Of a stretch of DNA of 64,000 nucleotides, positions 21,766 through 33,950 are shown one piece after another. Position 1 is the first letter of the stretch. Each line of letters opens with the position of its first letter. Location: the NCBI GenBank assembly GCA_000004985.1, contig GG738845.1. The stretch is one strand, 5' to 3'. Both the position numbers and the translations under genes were made by a program. The stretch is from Naegleria gruberi. Its lineage: Eukaryota. The notes beneath the pieces were generated by a model. The model saw only the letters and a list, made by a program, of their open reading frames with translations, was not told the origin of the DNA and did not search any database.

Positions 21766-24525
21766 TTATTGTTGTTTACTCTTGGATTGAGGAGTGGCTG
21801 TTGAGCTCTTTTTTGTTGGTGTAGCAAATGATGCTGAAGAATGGCCATTTGTGGATATCTTGTCTGATGAATGTCCATTATTACTTGTTGATTCACCTTG
21901 ACTCTTCTTTGACTTGATAGATGGTGGGGATGATGATTGGAATTTTTCAGCAAGGGAAGTAAACATTTCCTTATGTTGAGAGAGTTTCTTAACTTGATCT
22001 GTAAAGGCATCCTTAGCTTGTTTCAATTGTAAAACTCTATGACCCATTAATTCTCTCAACTTATCAGAACCCATATTCAAGAAATGAACTCTAATATAAT
22101 TATCCATATTTGTAAAGATTGGATCCAAGAAGAATGCATTAAATTTAGCTCTAATATACTTGACAAACATTGCTCTTACTCCTGCAAAAAGTTGAGCTGC
22201 TACCTTCTTAATCTTTTCACATTTTTCCTCAGTTAATTCTCTTCCTTTAAATTGTTCAAATGCAATATAGAGTGAATCATTGGAATCATCAACAGTTTGT
22301 TTAACTCTTTCAATAGTTTCCTCTTCTTTTGGATGGAGTAAGTCATATTCTAAATGTTTCCTTGGTGCTTGTGCAGAAATTAAATCCCAATCCATAATTT
22401 TAACAAATGTTTCAAATTCATCTGAGGTTTTTGTTCTTACATCCTTTAGTACTGAATCAATAAATTCTTCACAAACTTTGAAAAGTTCATTTGAGAATGC
22501 CTTATATCGTGAAGATAGAGAATTATTCTTAACCATATATTGAATAACCAATTTGAAAAGTAATTTCATAACAAACTTGCTTCTTTGAAGTAGGCATTCA
22601 ATAAGAGGTTTAAATACCATTCTACATTTCTTTTGAGCTAAATCTGTAACACCTCTAATATAATCAGGTGAAGTATGAATTGGATTTACACCAATAGATA
22701 CAGCAACTTCATCATTAGTTGTTTGTGGAAATTCTTGTGCATGAGAAACAACTTCAAATTCTGAAAGTAATCTTTCTAATTGAGCACCACCATATAATTT
22801 AAAGTTACGATTTCTAATTGGTAATTTGTCTTGTAATTGTTGTGGAAATCCAGGCCAATTTTCATTACCACTCTGACCTCTTTCTTCTTCAAGAGTTAAA
22901 CCATTTTTAAGAGTATCAAATTGATTTGTACCATTCAAAGCTTTTGTTACATTATTTACATAGGCACCAATCATATGTGTAATTTGAGATTCAATATTTT
23001 CCTTTTCAATTTCATCTAATTCTGAAGTAATTTTTTCAAGTTGAATTTTTCTCTTACTCAATAAATTTTCAAGTGAAGTTAAAACAGGTGAAATATTTTC
23101 AACATATTTCTCATTCAAAAGTTTTTCTAAATATCTCTTTAAATTATAAAAACCTAATTGAGACTTATACTTTTGTTCATCAAACCCAACCTTTGTTAAC
23201 TTTTTAAAATCTTTGAGATAGGTATTAACAATTTCATTCTTAAATTCTTCTTCTGCTATATTTCTTGTACCATGACCAGAAGGTAATGAAATATAAAAAA
23301 CTTTAGATAAATCTTGAATATTTCCATCAGTTGAAATATAATCATTTGCTTCTTTACCATCTCTAAATTGATTATTTCTATTATTAAATTTAGTTATAAC
23401 AAAAATTGTTCTTTCAAAATTTGGATCTGCCTTCTTAATGATAGGTCTTACTTGAGTATTACACCATTCAACAGTTGATTGTTCTAATGCTACAATAATT
23501 CTATTTTGTGGTTTGATTAATCCCATAACTGTTTTGTGAATTCTTTCACCAAGAGGATCAGTATCACCTTTTCTAAACCCTGGTGTATCATAAATTGTTA
23601 AATTAGCACAATACTTATATTTTACACGAAGTACAATAGGTCTAGAACTAACACCACCTTTTCCACAAACTTCATCTGTTCTTCTTCTAATTTCTTTTTC
23701 TAATAATGGTACAGGTGTTGCTTCTTCTTCAATATCAGAAGGTGATGCTTCTTTGAAAAAGTGACATAATGGTTTTTCAGATGAAGGATCATTTACCATT
23801 TGTAAAATGAGTGGTCTTCTTGTACCAATTTGTGTATCAACAGTATTGAATTGAAATCCTAGAAGTGCTTCTACAAAACTTGATTTACCATCAGATTGCA
23901 TTCCAACAACTACTAATTCTGGTGCTTCAAACTTAAGTTTGTGTTCATTTGCAACAGTTTGTAAATTATTAAAGGCTTCATAAAGTAACTTATTCTCTTT
24001 AGAATTTCCTTGAAGTATTGATGTCAGTAATTGTCTTTCCTTTTCTACTTTTTCTTTGAGTTTTTGCTTGTCAATTGTTGATTTTACGGAAGGCTTTTTT
24101 TGTGCAGAGTTAGATGTTTGATTAGAATTACTAGTTGATTTTCTAGAATCAGTTGATGATGGTGTTTTAGTTGGTGATGAATGTTTTACAGGAGATGATG
24201 GTACACTAAAGCCTTCAAATTCTTGTGAACTTAGTTCTGGAGCATAATTACTACTTGTAGTTGCAGGATTGGTCAATGTCTGACTAGCAAAACCACTATC
24301 ATCTAAATTGGTTGAATCAAGAACAACTTCACCACTTTCATCAACCATACTATTATCAAGATTTTGTGAGAGGGTAGTTGACTCATCAAAGCCTATAGAT
24401 GATACATTTCCTGCATCTCCGAAGGATCCATGAGGTGGTGAAAATGTTAACTCTTCCTCATAGTATGATTGTTTAACCTTCTTTTGTTCGGCGTTACCAT
24501 TGGATGGATGTTCCTTTCTCTTCAT
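21766..24525 (-). CDS. Dynamin-superfamily large GTPase (919 aa) with an approx 190-aa Ser/Thr-rich N-terminal extension
   Basis: G1 LVVVGMQSDGKSSFVEALLG, G2-region TRRPLILQM, G3 IYDTPG and G4 ITKFN fit the dynamin GTPase domain. Followed by a long helical middle/GED-like region. The DRP5B/ARC5 or Dlp-type subfamily assignment is a guess. Confidence 0.7.
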   Translation of the reverse strand: MKRKEHPSNGNAEQKKVKQSYYEEELTFSPPHGSFGDAGNVSSIGFDESTTLSQNLDNSMVDESGEVVLDSTNLDDSGFASQTLTNPATTSSNYAPELSSQEFEGFSVPSSPVKHSSPTKTPSSTDSRKSTSNSNQTSNSAQKKPSVKSTIDKQKLKEKVEKERQLLTSILQGNSKENKLLYEAFNNLQTVANEHKLKFEAPELVVVGMQSDGKSSFVEALLGFQFNTVDTQIGTRRPLILQMVNDPSSEKPLCHFFKEASPSDIEEEATPVPLLEKEIRRRTDEVCGKGGVSSRPIVLRVKYKYCANLTIYDTPGFRKGDTDPLGERIHKTVMGLIKPQNRIIVALEQSTVEWCNTQVRPIIKKADPNFERTIFVITKFNNRNNQFRDGKEANDYISTDGNIQDLSKVFYISLPSGHGTRNIAEEEFKNEIVNTYLKDFKKLTKVGFDEQKYKSQLGFYNLKRYLEKLLNEKYVENISPVLTSLENLLSKRKIQLEKITSELDEIEKENIESQITHMIGAYVNNVTKALNGTNQFDTLKNGLTLEEERGQSGNENWPGFPQQLQDKLPIRNRNFKLYGGAQLERLLSEFEVVSHAQEFPQTTNDEVAVSIGVNPIHTSPDYIRGVTDLAQKKCRMVFKPLIECLLQRSKFVMKLLFKLVIQYMVKNNSLSSRYKAFSNELFKVCEEFIDSVLKDVRTKTSDEFETFVKIMDWDLISAQAPRKHLEYDLLHPKEEETIERVKQTVDDSNDSLYIAFEQFKGRELTEEKCEKIKKVAAQLFAGVRAMFVKYIRAKFNAFFLDPIFTNMDNYIRVHFLNMGSDKLRELMGHRVLQLKQAKDAFTDQVKKLSQHKEMFTSLAEKFQSSSPPSIKSKKSQGESTSNNGHSSDKISTNGHSSASFATPTKKSSTATPQSKSKQQ

Positions 24526-24794
24526 GATGATGACTTGGGTTTTTCAAAAAGGCTTTTTTAAATCTAGATTGTGTGTGACGAAATCACAGAGAGAGAGAAC
24601 ACGAGTGGGTGTTTTTTTTTGTTGGTTTTTTGTGTCTTAAAATAAAGCCTCCTGGACTTTCCACCCACTAGAAGAAGTAAAAATTTCCAGCGCCAGGTAG
24701 AAAACAAAAACAAGCCTAAAAATGAAATACAAAAAATAATAAATTAAAATTAATATTTTATTGTTGCAAAGACTCTTTGACATAAATTTGTGGA

Positions 24795-26704
24795 TTATGG
24801 TTGAACTATAGGTGTATGTCTACTTTCATCAGTTCTCTCCATAATATTTCCATGCTTACCAAGAGTTCTATCCACATGTTTAATACCATTCAAAGGTTGC
24901 CAAACCAAGCGATAGTACCAATATTGTATTAATGACCAACTAGATTCCAAATCTTCCAAAGTTTTGGCAAAATAAGAGTAGTAGCATTGATCGTATGGTC
25001 TCAATACATTATCATGAATTTGATAGTACATGAGTTCAGAATTGAGGAGAATGGATCCTCCAATAGTTTGAATGAAAGGATCAAATTCTTCATTGAAATG
25101 GTAGGCCTTTCCTTTCAAACTCATTATCTTTTCAATAGCATCATGAATGGTGAATTGAACCTGATAGTCATCAATGGAGAGTTCTTGTATGGTTTTGAGA
25201 TTTTTCTTTTCAGCTTTCTGAAGTGCAATATATCTGGCTGCTAACAGACAAGCCATATGGAGTTTTCTTTCGTAATGATCTTTTTCTCCATCCAAGTAAT
25301 TCAACAAGGATTGATTCGCAATTCTATCAAGTTCTTGTTTTTTTGTTGATTGATTTTCTACAAGTGATAATTGATGTTTCATTAATTCTGGCGTGAAATA
25401 TTTTTCATAAAATGTTCCAATCTTGGATGGGTTTCCTCCAACAATGTCATGAATAGTCTCAAAACTACAATCTTCAAATAGGTTACCATATTGAAGCTTT
25501 GACTCAAACATTTCATCCTCAATTATTTCAATGAATTTCACCTGTTCAGTGTCCATTTTCAACTCGGGTATCATTTGATAATTATAATAATTACCAGCCA
25601 CTTCAATAATTGTTGGAACAAAAGCATCCAAGTACATGGCAGTAATTCTCAAAAGAACCATATCATGTAAGTTGGCTCCCCTTTCATCACTTGAAAATAC
25701 ATCTTCAGGAATGTCAGATTGGTATTGACGAATATCACTTCTTGACAATAGTGCCACAGATTTTGAAAATACATCCAACAGGTTAAATCCATTAATAAAT
25801 AGTTTTGGTTTGACACCAAAATGTGGTTTGTATGCAAAATATTCCAATGTAGAGAATAAGAATGAGAGTACCTCAATTCCAGTTCTTTGTTTTTTACCAC
25901 TCCCCAACTCTCTAAATGTTTAACTAAAATTAATATTATTTAAAAACTTGAAACTTACATGAACGCTAATAAATCTATTGAAAATCTAACTGCATTCGAA
26001 ATTTTACAATCATAATAGGGAAGTTTTTCACTAATTTTCTCAATCAACAGTAAAATGACCTCTTGTGAATGATCACTACTCAATTTTTCATATAATTTTT
26101 TGATTTCCACACTCGATTCCACTATAGATTTAATCTCATCTCTTGTTGAGATGAACTTTTCTAAAAAGTAATAATTTATATTATTTCGTTCTGTTAATAT
26201 TTTCATCAGGTCTGATACTCCAAAATCATTACTTGCCCTCTTTACACACTTTATCAATTCTTGAATGCAAATCTGATCCAGACAATACTCTGCAAAATGA
26301 TCAAAATCTATCGGAAGTTGTGTATTATTAATTTCCTCCCTTGTTTTTAGAAAATATGTTTCAAAATCCAAATAAATAGGAACTCCAACATTTTGTGTTA
26401 CAATCTTTTCCATAACTTGCAGCATGGTTTGTGTCTTTCCACATCCATCTGGTCCAACAAGAAATAAACACCTCCGTGATGTAGTATCCTCACTCAATAA
26501 TCGTTGAATTTTAGAAATGATGAGTCTTTTCCTAGCAAATTTAAATTCCCTTCTCTCGTTATTGGTCACTATAGATTTCAAAACTCCAAAACTATTATGA
26601 AATAATCTTCCTTGAGCAATTTGATTAATAGTTGTGGTGACTCTATTTTTTCTGTTGAAGGAAGAAATTCCTCTTCCACAAGTCGTCTTGATGGCTTGTT
26701 TCAT
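24795..26704 (-). CDS. P-loop NTPase of unknown function (about 620 aa) with a presequence-like basic N-terminus. Two exons: 25959..26704 and 24795..25911, intron 25912..25958 (GTAAGT...TTTAG).
   Basis: Walker A LFLVGPDGCGKTQTM. The two supplied ORFs join in phase 2 through a 47-nt intron. A possible mitoribosomal mS29/DAP3-like relationship is speculative. Confidence 0.5.
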
Positions 26705-27102
26705 TTTTTAAATATTTAATTCATCAACATAATAATTAATCTTTTTTTTATTGTTCTTTTTCTTTTCATAGTGATAGGCAAATTTAGTTGGATTAAAGAT
26801 AATCCTCTCTTTTGATAATTATTTTTACTATTAAATTCATTCACTTGTTGTAATCTTTCTTGATATTTTGTAATTTCAATAATTCTATCCCACATTAAAC
26901 ATCATTCTATGAACAAAGATAACAATGTGTAATAATAGTACGTAAGAAGATATTGCTAACTTTGTATCACAATTTATGATACTGGAGCACAAAAACTCAG
27001 TTGCTGTTGCAGTACTGTACTTCTACTGGGAGAGAGAGTGATGTATGCACAGCTGTGAATCTTCATCCTTAAAAAAATTCAAATAATAACCTGCAACCAG
27101 AG

Positions 27103-28275
27103 ATGTTGTCTCGTCGTGCCAACATAATGTCGATGAGTATGGGAAAGGCCTTGATCCTTACTGTATTGTTGGTATTGTCCTTGTGCGTTTTGGGTTCGAC
27201 TGCTCAAGATATTTCATCCCTGTTGAGTGCCATTAAGCAACAAACCTCAACAAGTGGTGGCAGTGATTCATCCTTAACCGCCGAGGAAATTAAGAAGGTC
27301 TATGATGAAAAGAGGAAGAATTTGGAAACTCTCAGAAAGACTGAAGTTTCCCTTCTTGCCGTTGAGGAAGCCATCAGGAAGTACGGAAGTAATAATTTAT
27401 TATACAAACAACGTTTGGAAAAATTGAATGAAATCGCTGCTGTTAAACGTGTCCTTCAAAATGAAGTTGCGTCTTTAATGTTCTTGTGTGAGGAAAAGAA
27501 GTGTAATGCTGTCAAGCCAAAGGAGGAACCAAAGCAAACTGTTCAATTGGCACCTGCTGTACCTCCAACTGTCACGGCTCCACAACCTGCTGTTCTAGGT
27601 CAACAAGTTGTTTCATCAGTACCAATGGCTACAATGACTATTGGTCCTATTCCACTTGATGGAGATAGACCTCATCGCAAGAGAAGTGCTCCACCAGCAA
27701 TGAAAAAGGATGATTTCATTGATAGAAAGCAACAAGAGGAAGAAATTGAACAAATTTTCAAACCACCAGTCTCAACACTTTCATTTGGAGAAGACTTCCC
27801 AGGGTTTGATGAACCTCCAATGCCTGAAGAACCTTCCATTCCAGAACCATCTATTCCAGAAACAGGTTTTGGGAAGAAAAAAGTCTCAGGGGCTGTATGG
27901 CCTTTTGAAGAACAAGAAGATGAAATTGTCAAATATTCTTCTCCAACAACTGAATCTGGCCAAACACCAAGAAAATCAAAGAAGGAAATCAGAAAACCTA
28001 CCAAGAAATCAGTTCAAAAGAGACGAGGCAAAAAGGATTATGCCAAACCAGTACAAAATAATTTATTAAATCTATTGAAAAATAAGAAGAATGGAAAGAA
28101 GAAATTCACAAGAAAGTCATCTGGTGGAAAGAAGAAGTCATCTGGAAAAAAGGATCTTTCTCCAAAATCAGCAGGCAAAAAGTCAGCACGTGGAAAGCAA
28201 GTAAAAACTAAATCCACCGAAACTGCTCAAAAAAAAACCAAAAGTGCCAAGAGAAATGGTAAGGCAAAGAATTAA
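27103..28275 (+). CDS. Secreted protein with a signal peptide (LILTVLLVLSLCVLGSTAQ), a Pro-rich middle and a highly lysine-rich C-terminal tail. Unknown function.
   Basis: N-terminal hydrophobic h-region followed by AQ. C-terminal 110 aa are more than 35% Lys (KKSSGKKDLSPKSAGKKSARGKQVKTK...). Confidence 0.55.
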   Translation: MLSRRANIMSMSMGKALILTVLLVLSLCVLGSTAQDISSLLSAIKQQTSTSGGSDSSLTAEEIKKVYDEKRKNLETLRKTEVSLLAVEEAIRKYGSNNLLYKQRLEKLNEIAAVKRVLQNEVASLMFLCEEKKCNAVKPKEEPKQTVQLAPAVPPTVTAPQPAVLGQQVVSSVPMATMTIGPIPLDGDRPHRKRSAPPAMKKDDFIDRKQQEEEIEQIFKPPVSTLSFGEDFPGFDEPPMPEEPSIPEPSIPETGFGKKKVSGAVWPFEEQEDEIVKYSSPTTESGQTPRKSKKEIRKPTKKSVQKRRGKKDYAKPVQNNLLNLLKNKKNGKKKFTRKSSGGKKKSSGKKDLSPKSAGKKSARGKQVKTKSTETAQKKTKSAKRNGKAKN

Positions 28276-28822
28276 CAAGTTGTCTTGACATAATACTACC
28301 TTTGCTCTCTTCCGTACTTTCTTGTGTACACTGTTATCCACAATGAATTAATAAAGATGTGTTGAAAGTGGAGAAAGAAATATTAGGTTTAACGCTATTG
28401 CAATCATTACCAATTCCATTAGCAATTGAAGAAATATTTATTATTTAGAGGTTAATTAATACCAATATTTATAATATTGTCATTATATTAGTGTGTTGAA
28501 GTGGTGAAAGGTTATTTAATAACATTTGAAACTACTGTAATTATTTACAAAATCTTTACACAGTGGTTTGATAAAAATTGTGCGACACCACCAGAACATT
28601 AATAAAAATGGAATCTATCCTGTTCCTCCTATTCTGCTAGTCAACCACGATTGGGATGGCTAGGAGCAACAGCCAATGGCTGTTTTATGGTGATAAAATC
28701 ATTTCACCAAGGTTAATTTTTCTGATGATCCTCAATAAACTAATTCCTCTCTCTACTGTTTATTCGTATGAATTTAAAGAATATTTCGAGTGTGTGCACT
28801 TAATCATCAAAAAAACTAACCA

Positions 28823-30104
28823 ATGACCACCACAAGTACTGATGATTCGAACAATGATTGTCAGTGTGGTGCTGATGACGTTTGTTGTGTACCACCTCAA
28901 TCCGAAATAAATGTGGAAAAAGAGATGATGATTCATGCATCTACAACAACATCTCAAACATCATCTCAAAACTATTTCACAAAAGAAAAGGAAATTGAAA
29001 AATTGAAAAGTGAACTCTTGCATTACAAACAACAACATTCTGATTTTAATACAATTATTCAAGCTTTGAAACCACATCCTCCACAACCTACATTTCTCTC
29101 ACCTGCCATGGTTTTGAACAAGATGAAGAATGATGGTATTAGAAAATCAAAATTAACAATTGACCAATTAATAATTCTTTCAGTCATGTCTGGATTATTT
29201 ATTGGATTCGCAGGAACTTTTGCATTGTTTACTGCTGGCAATTGTAAAACAATGGAAATTGATAATCCAGGTTTAAACAAATTCTTTTTTGGAGCGTAAG
29301 TTTAAATCATTCTTTAAATTGTCAAGTGTTGAATGAAATTTTAGAGTCTTCCCTATTGGTTTGATATTGGTAATCATGTTGGGTACTGAATTATTCACTG
29401 GAAATAATCTTGTTCTTCTAATTGGTTTCTTCTCAAGAAAGTGGAGAAACAAAAAGATAGGTCTTCACTATCTACAAGTCTCTAAGAACTTACTCATCTC
29501 ATTCGTATTCAATGTGTTGGGAGCTGCATTATTTGCCTACTTGTTTGTCTATCTTGTTCAACCAACTAGTGATGCACATTGGGTTACAACAGTGAAGAAT
29601 ATTGCTGTGGCTAAAGTTGCCAAGTCATTTGGTCAGATTGTCTTGTTGGCAATTGTTTGTAACATGATGGTCACTCTGGCCGTGTTTATTACCAATGCAG
29701 CCACAACAGTTGAAGGTAAGATCATTGGTGCCTGGCTACCTATCATGGCGTTTGCTGCTACAGGTTTTGAGCACTCCATTGCTAATACATTCTTCATTCC
29801 ATTGGCAATGATGTATGGTGCTGATGTTACGGCCTATCAATTCCTAATTGATAACTTGTTACCATCAACGATTGGTAATATTATTGGAGGATCCATTGTG
29901 GTTGGTTGCTTCTTCTACTATGTTCATGATTTTAGAAGTAATCATCCTAGAATTGTGTTCAATTTAATTGAAAAGATGTATGCCAAGTTGAAGATGTGGT
30001 TTTTGAAGAGATTGAGGCAAGAATTACCAGTTGTGGATGAGGAAAATAAGGAACAAAGAGAAATTGAAATGCAACAAGTGGATTCTTCGGCTCAGATGGT
30101 GTGA
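28823..30104 (+). CDS. Formate/nitrite transporter (FNT) family channel. Two exons: 28823..29295 and 29345..30104, intron 29296..29344 (GTAAGT...TTTAG). About 110-aa hydrophilic N-terminal extension.
   Basis: LGTELFTGNN and FEHSIANTFF are the two FNT signature regions. Six TM segments; exons join in phase 2. Confidence 0.8.
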
Positions 30105-30246
30105 GTGCCTGTTGGGAGTTTTACCATGATGATTTTAAGTGGTGGTGATTTTCAGATACATTTCAAATTAGTTCACACAAGCTAATAAAGAACCTTGCGA
30201 AATTGTGAGGTGATTATATGAATTAGTGCATAACATCATCCTACAA

Positions 30247-32097
30247 TTAAACATCATCTTTATTTTCAATGATTGAAAAGAGAAATGGTGCTATTTGTAC
30301 AAGAAGATTCCTATTTCTTTCAAACTCCTTTTCAACTTGTTCCAAACGGGATGCTGATTTTTGAAAGTTTGCTTGTGTTAGCTCTTGACTGAGTAGATAA
30401 ATAATTTCACACAATTGAGTGCATTGATCAAAAATAGTATAGATTGGTATCATGATTTGCTTCTTATTGAGGAAACATCTTTGATGTATCTTTAGGATGG
30501 CATTGGTATGTATTTTTCTAGCTGTCTCAAAGTCTTTGGTTTCTGTGGAAATTGACTTTTCCATAGCCATAAATTCGCTATCAGTAACTTCTGTATGTAA
30601 ATAAAATTGTAAATTGTACATGAAATTTGACATTTTAGACCTCAACACTAGTGTCCAAGAAAGCTCTGGGAATGGTTTTGAAGATCTACTTCTAGTAAGG
30701 GGTAGCCACGAGTTGGAGAGTTTCAATTCCATTCTTTTACAAGTTAACATGAATTGGAAAATATCATTGTAAAGCTCAATAATATCTTCTGTAAAGAAGA
30801 GATTGAGCGGCCAACCAACTCTGAATTGCAGAGAAATTTCATTAGGCCAATGTTTGGATTTGAGAAGGTCAAATTTGGTAGAATCCTCCTTAAGAATTAT
30901 CTTTTCATAGCTTGGAGTAAAGATGTTCAAAAACTTTTCACCCTCAGCTGAGCTCTTTGATGAAGCTTGTTTGAAAATATTTTTCAAATCCTTTTGTAAA
31001 TGTTGTGGTGTATAGTGTTGTGAGAATATCTTTTCTAAATCCTCGATCAAATAGAGGAAAAAGTCTCCCATTCCCAAGAAAAAGTAGTCCCTAATTGACT
31101 TGATATGGCCCAGCAAATCACAATCCGACACTACCAGATTCCACAAATGACCACCAACAGTCATGCGTATCTTGTCAATCGTAAACTCGAAATTAAATGA
31201 ATTGTATCTCTTTTTAGTCTCATGTATGTTCATGGCTTGTTTAAATTCTACCAGCTCGTCATTTGGTAGCTTGTATTGATTATGTGTATTTGATATGGTG
31301 TTAAATGTTTGCAGTACCTTTATGGCCTTCCCTATGAATAAAATTTTATGGGCAACTCGAAGTGAAATATATGATGGAATTTCATCAGTATTGAGAACGA
31401 ATTGCTTATTCCAATTATCTCTGTTAGCATGAGAGGATGAAATACTTTCATCCAAATTAGAATTATTCAAATTAGATTGATTATCTTCATAAATAAAAAA
31501 CTCGCTTTGATTAGATATTATTCCATAAATCATCCATGCTGATATTTGTTTCATCAATACTACATTGCAGTGAAAAAGTAATTTAGTTATAGTAGCCTCA
31601 ATAATAGGTATTCCAGAAAATGTAGAATTATGTAAAAAATCTAACAATCTGGCTCCAATTAAATTTTCACTTTCAACTTGTTGAATGATATCTAGTAATT
31701 TAGGGAAAATAATTTCATAATCTCTTAGTAATTGTTTTAAATAGGTGAGTGGCATTATATTTTGTATTGTCTCACTTTCAGAATCATCTTCAAATACACA
31801 AAACTCTTGTTCAGCTTTTGTCAAAATCCTCAGATATCCTTCCAAAATTTCCTGCAATCCCTGTTTAAAAGCCATGATATATAACGATTTACTATTGGTT
31901 CTCTCCAAGAAATCGGAAAGCTTTTTATAATAAAATCCAATATTACACACTTGTTGTATGATTTGTTTTTCCGATTCATGAAGAAAGGGTAACTGATCAT
32001 CCAAATAAAAACCCTCCTTCTTTCCAACCTCCATTGATCGATACACAATGATATCACCTGAAAATCCAGAGAGTGCCAATAGAATTTCGTGCAACAT
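30247..32097 (-). CDS. Gamma-tubulin complex component 4 (GCP4, Spc97/Spc98 family)
   Basis: N-terminus MLHEILLALSGFSGDII...LPFLHESE matches human GCP4 MIHELLLALSGYPGSIF...FPFLHPSE. Further matches: SAWMIYGI, VAHKILFIGKA, GHLWNLV...DLLGHIKSIRDYFFLG, VGWPLNLFFT. Confidence 0.9.
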   Translation of the reverse strand: MLHEILLALSGFSGDIIVYRSMEVGKKEGFYLDDQLPFLHESEKQIIQQVCNIGFYYKKLSDFLERTNSKSLYIMAFKQGLQEILEGYLRILTKAEQEFCVFEDDSESETIQNIMPLTYLKQLLRDYEIIFPKLLDIIQQVESENLIGARLLDFLHNSTFSGIPIIEATITKLLFHCNVVLMKQISAWMIYGIISNQSEFFIYEDNQSNLNNSNLDESISSSHANRDNWNKQFVLNTDEIPSYISLRVAHKILFIGKAIKVLQTFNTISNTHNQYKLPNDELVEFKQAMNIHETKKRYNSFNFEFTIDKIRMTVGGHLWNLVVSDCDLLGHIKSIRDYFFLGMGDFFLYLIEDLEKIFSQHYTPQHLQKDLKNIFKQASSKSSAEGEKFLNIFTPSYEKIILKEDSTKFDLLKSKHWPNEISLQFRVGWPLNLFFTEDIIELYNDIFQFMLTCKRMELKLSNSWLPLTRSRSSKPFPELSWTLVLRSKMSNFMYNLQFYLHTEVTDSEFMAMEKSISTETKDFETARKIHTNAILKIHQRCFLNKKQIMIPIYTIFDQCTQLCEIIYLLSQELTQANFQKSASRLEQVEKEFERNRNLLVQIAPFLFSIIENKDDV

Positions 32098-32480
32098 TTT
32101 TTTTTATCTTTTTTGGCGCCAAACCTTTGAATCACAATACAATTTAAGCTTGTGTTTGTGGTGTCTGAGAAATGACATTTAATGTTGCTGCTAGTTTCAA
32201 ATAGTCGATCAATCTGAATCAGTTGACTTGGAATGCTTAACCAAATTTATTAAATCTGATTCTAGATTTGCTTATCAAGATTTCATGATCAACCAAGTAG
32301 AACACATTGTCAAATTACTTGAATAACTGAAAATAAACTAAAAAATTTGTCAAAGCTCACTATTAATAAACCATTGCATCTCACACAATTAACCTCAAGA
32401 AGGAATTCCTTCAAAGGCGCCAAACATTTCTTCTTGTAATCACACAAGAATTAAAATCAAGAGCTGCTCAACGAAAAAAA

Positions 32481-33686
32481 ATGACAAAGAAGAGAAACAC
32501 TGCTTCAAAGAGAAAGGCCGAAGAAGAAGAAAAGACAACTCCTACTGAAACCAAGGAGGAAGAAGAAGAAGTAGAAGTGTACAAAAAGAAGACAAGTACT
32601 GGTTCTAGAAAGGGCATCCGTAAGGCTGTTGCTCCTCTCTCTTCCGAAGAAAAGAAGGAAAAGGAAATCAAGGCACGCAAAGAATCAGTAGAAGCCAGAA
32701 AGAAGAGAAAGGTTGAAAAGACCGTAAAGAAGAAGCACAGTGTTGTTGAAATTGAAAATTTATGGCAAGGATGGAAGGAAGTTTTCCTCGTTGGTACTGA
32801 GTGGAATTGTTATGATTTAGTTTATAATGTGGATTGGGATTTTGAACATCTTCATGATTTTTTATTCTATGATGAGGATAGTGCAACAATTAGTGGAGAA
32901 GGAGAGGAAGAACAAAAACCACCAGAACATGTTCTTCCAAAAGGAAAACAATGTTTTGTCTTTGGATGTACTGAACCACAACTTATTGATAATGAAATGG
33001 TCTACATTCCAGCTCTTGTTGCCGTTGTTAGTGATCTTGCTCCACCAACCACTATCGGTATTAAATCCGTTCAAATGGTAAATGAAGAAATTGTGGATAT
33101 GAAGAAGCTTAAAATGTCTTGGGTTCCATTCATTCCAAGAGAAGATAAGAGTCAAAATATTGGACAATCCAATATTCCAAAAGTCTTTGCTTTGCATTGC
33201 AACTTGAGAAGAAATTTGCTTTCCAAGATGAAGGAAGAAGATGTCAGAAAGTATGAATACTGTCTGCCATATTGTTTCAGACCAAATCGTGTAGTTGAAG
33301 AAATCAAGAAAGATAATGAAGGAGCTATTGAACTCTTATACGTTCTTGACAAGTCTGGTAGTGTTCAATTCAGTTTTGATCCAAAAGAAGATGACATTGA
33401 TACAATTATTGAAGAAGTTTGTGAAGACAATGATTTGGATGCTGATGTTTACAGTGCAAAATTAAAGACCTTCATTAAGGATGAAGTCAAGAAACACAAG
33501 GAAACTGTCCAAAAGAAAGTCGAAGCCAAGGAAGAGGAAATCAGCAAATTGAGCGAAGAGCAAAGAAAATCTTTGAATGAAATGAAGGTCTACAAATTCT
33601 ATCCAAAGAATACCAAACCAGATTTGTCATCATTCAAGGTTGCCTATGTTAATAGATATTACGGAAAGGCTGATGTTACATTGTAA
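32481..33686 (+). CDS. Hypothetical conserved protein: K/E-rich basic N-terminus (nucleolar-like) plus a C-terminal globular region
   Basis: Single long ORF with eukaryotic composition. No motif recognised. Confidence 0.5.
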   Translation: MTKKRNTASKRKAEEEEKTTPTETKEEEEEVEVYKKKTSTGSRKGIRKAVAPLSSEEKKEKEIKARKESVEARKKRKVEKTVKKKHSVVEIENLWQGWKEVFLVGTEWNCYDLVYNVDWDFEHLHDFLFYDEDSATISGEGEEEQKPPEHVLPKGKQCFVFGCTEPQLIDNEMVYIPALVAVVSDLAPPTTIGIKSVQMVNEEIVDMKKLKMSWVPFIPREDKSQNIGQSNIPKVFALHCNLRRNLLSKMKEEDVRKYEYCLPYCFRPNRVVEEIKKDNEGAIELLYVLDKSGSVQFSFDPKEDDIDTIIEEVCEDNDLDADVYSAKLKTFIKDEVKKHKETVQKKVEAKEEEISKLSEEQRKSLNEMKVYKFYPKNTKPDLSSFKVAYVNRYYGKADVTL

Positions 33687-33950
33687 TCTGTGCCACACAC
33701 AATAAAAACAAAATTTTCACTTAAACCCACTCTCTCTTTCGACCAAGAAGAAGCGAATATGCTTTCCAGTAAACAATTTTATTGAAGATTAAAATTAATT
33801 GAACATCAAAATCAAAAAAAAACCAGCATAAAAAAAATCCTTGTTGAACATTTTCAATTTTAATATTCGGAATTTTTTATTGGCAAAAAGACAAGAACAA
33901 CAATTAACAACAACAAGAACATCCGATCAATTTAACAAATAATTTGGAAA

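Noticed and set aside
21666-22010. 114-aa ORF overlapping the 3' end of the dynamin gene
   Set aside because: Out-of-frame overlap with a well-supported CDS; His/Gln-rich nonsense composition.
22280-28004. Antisense ORFs inside dynamin (22280..22543 +), P-loop gene (24987..25244 +, 25649..25900 -) and secreted K-rich gene (27672..28004 -, 27710..28069 +)
   Set aside because: All are embedded in longer, better-supported ORFs on the opposite strand or in another frame.
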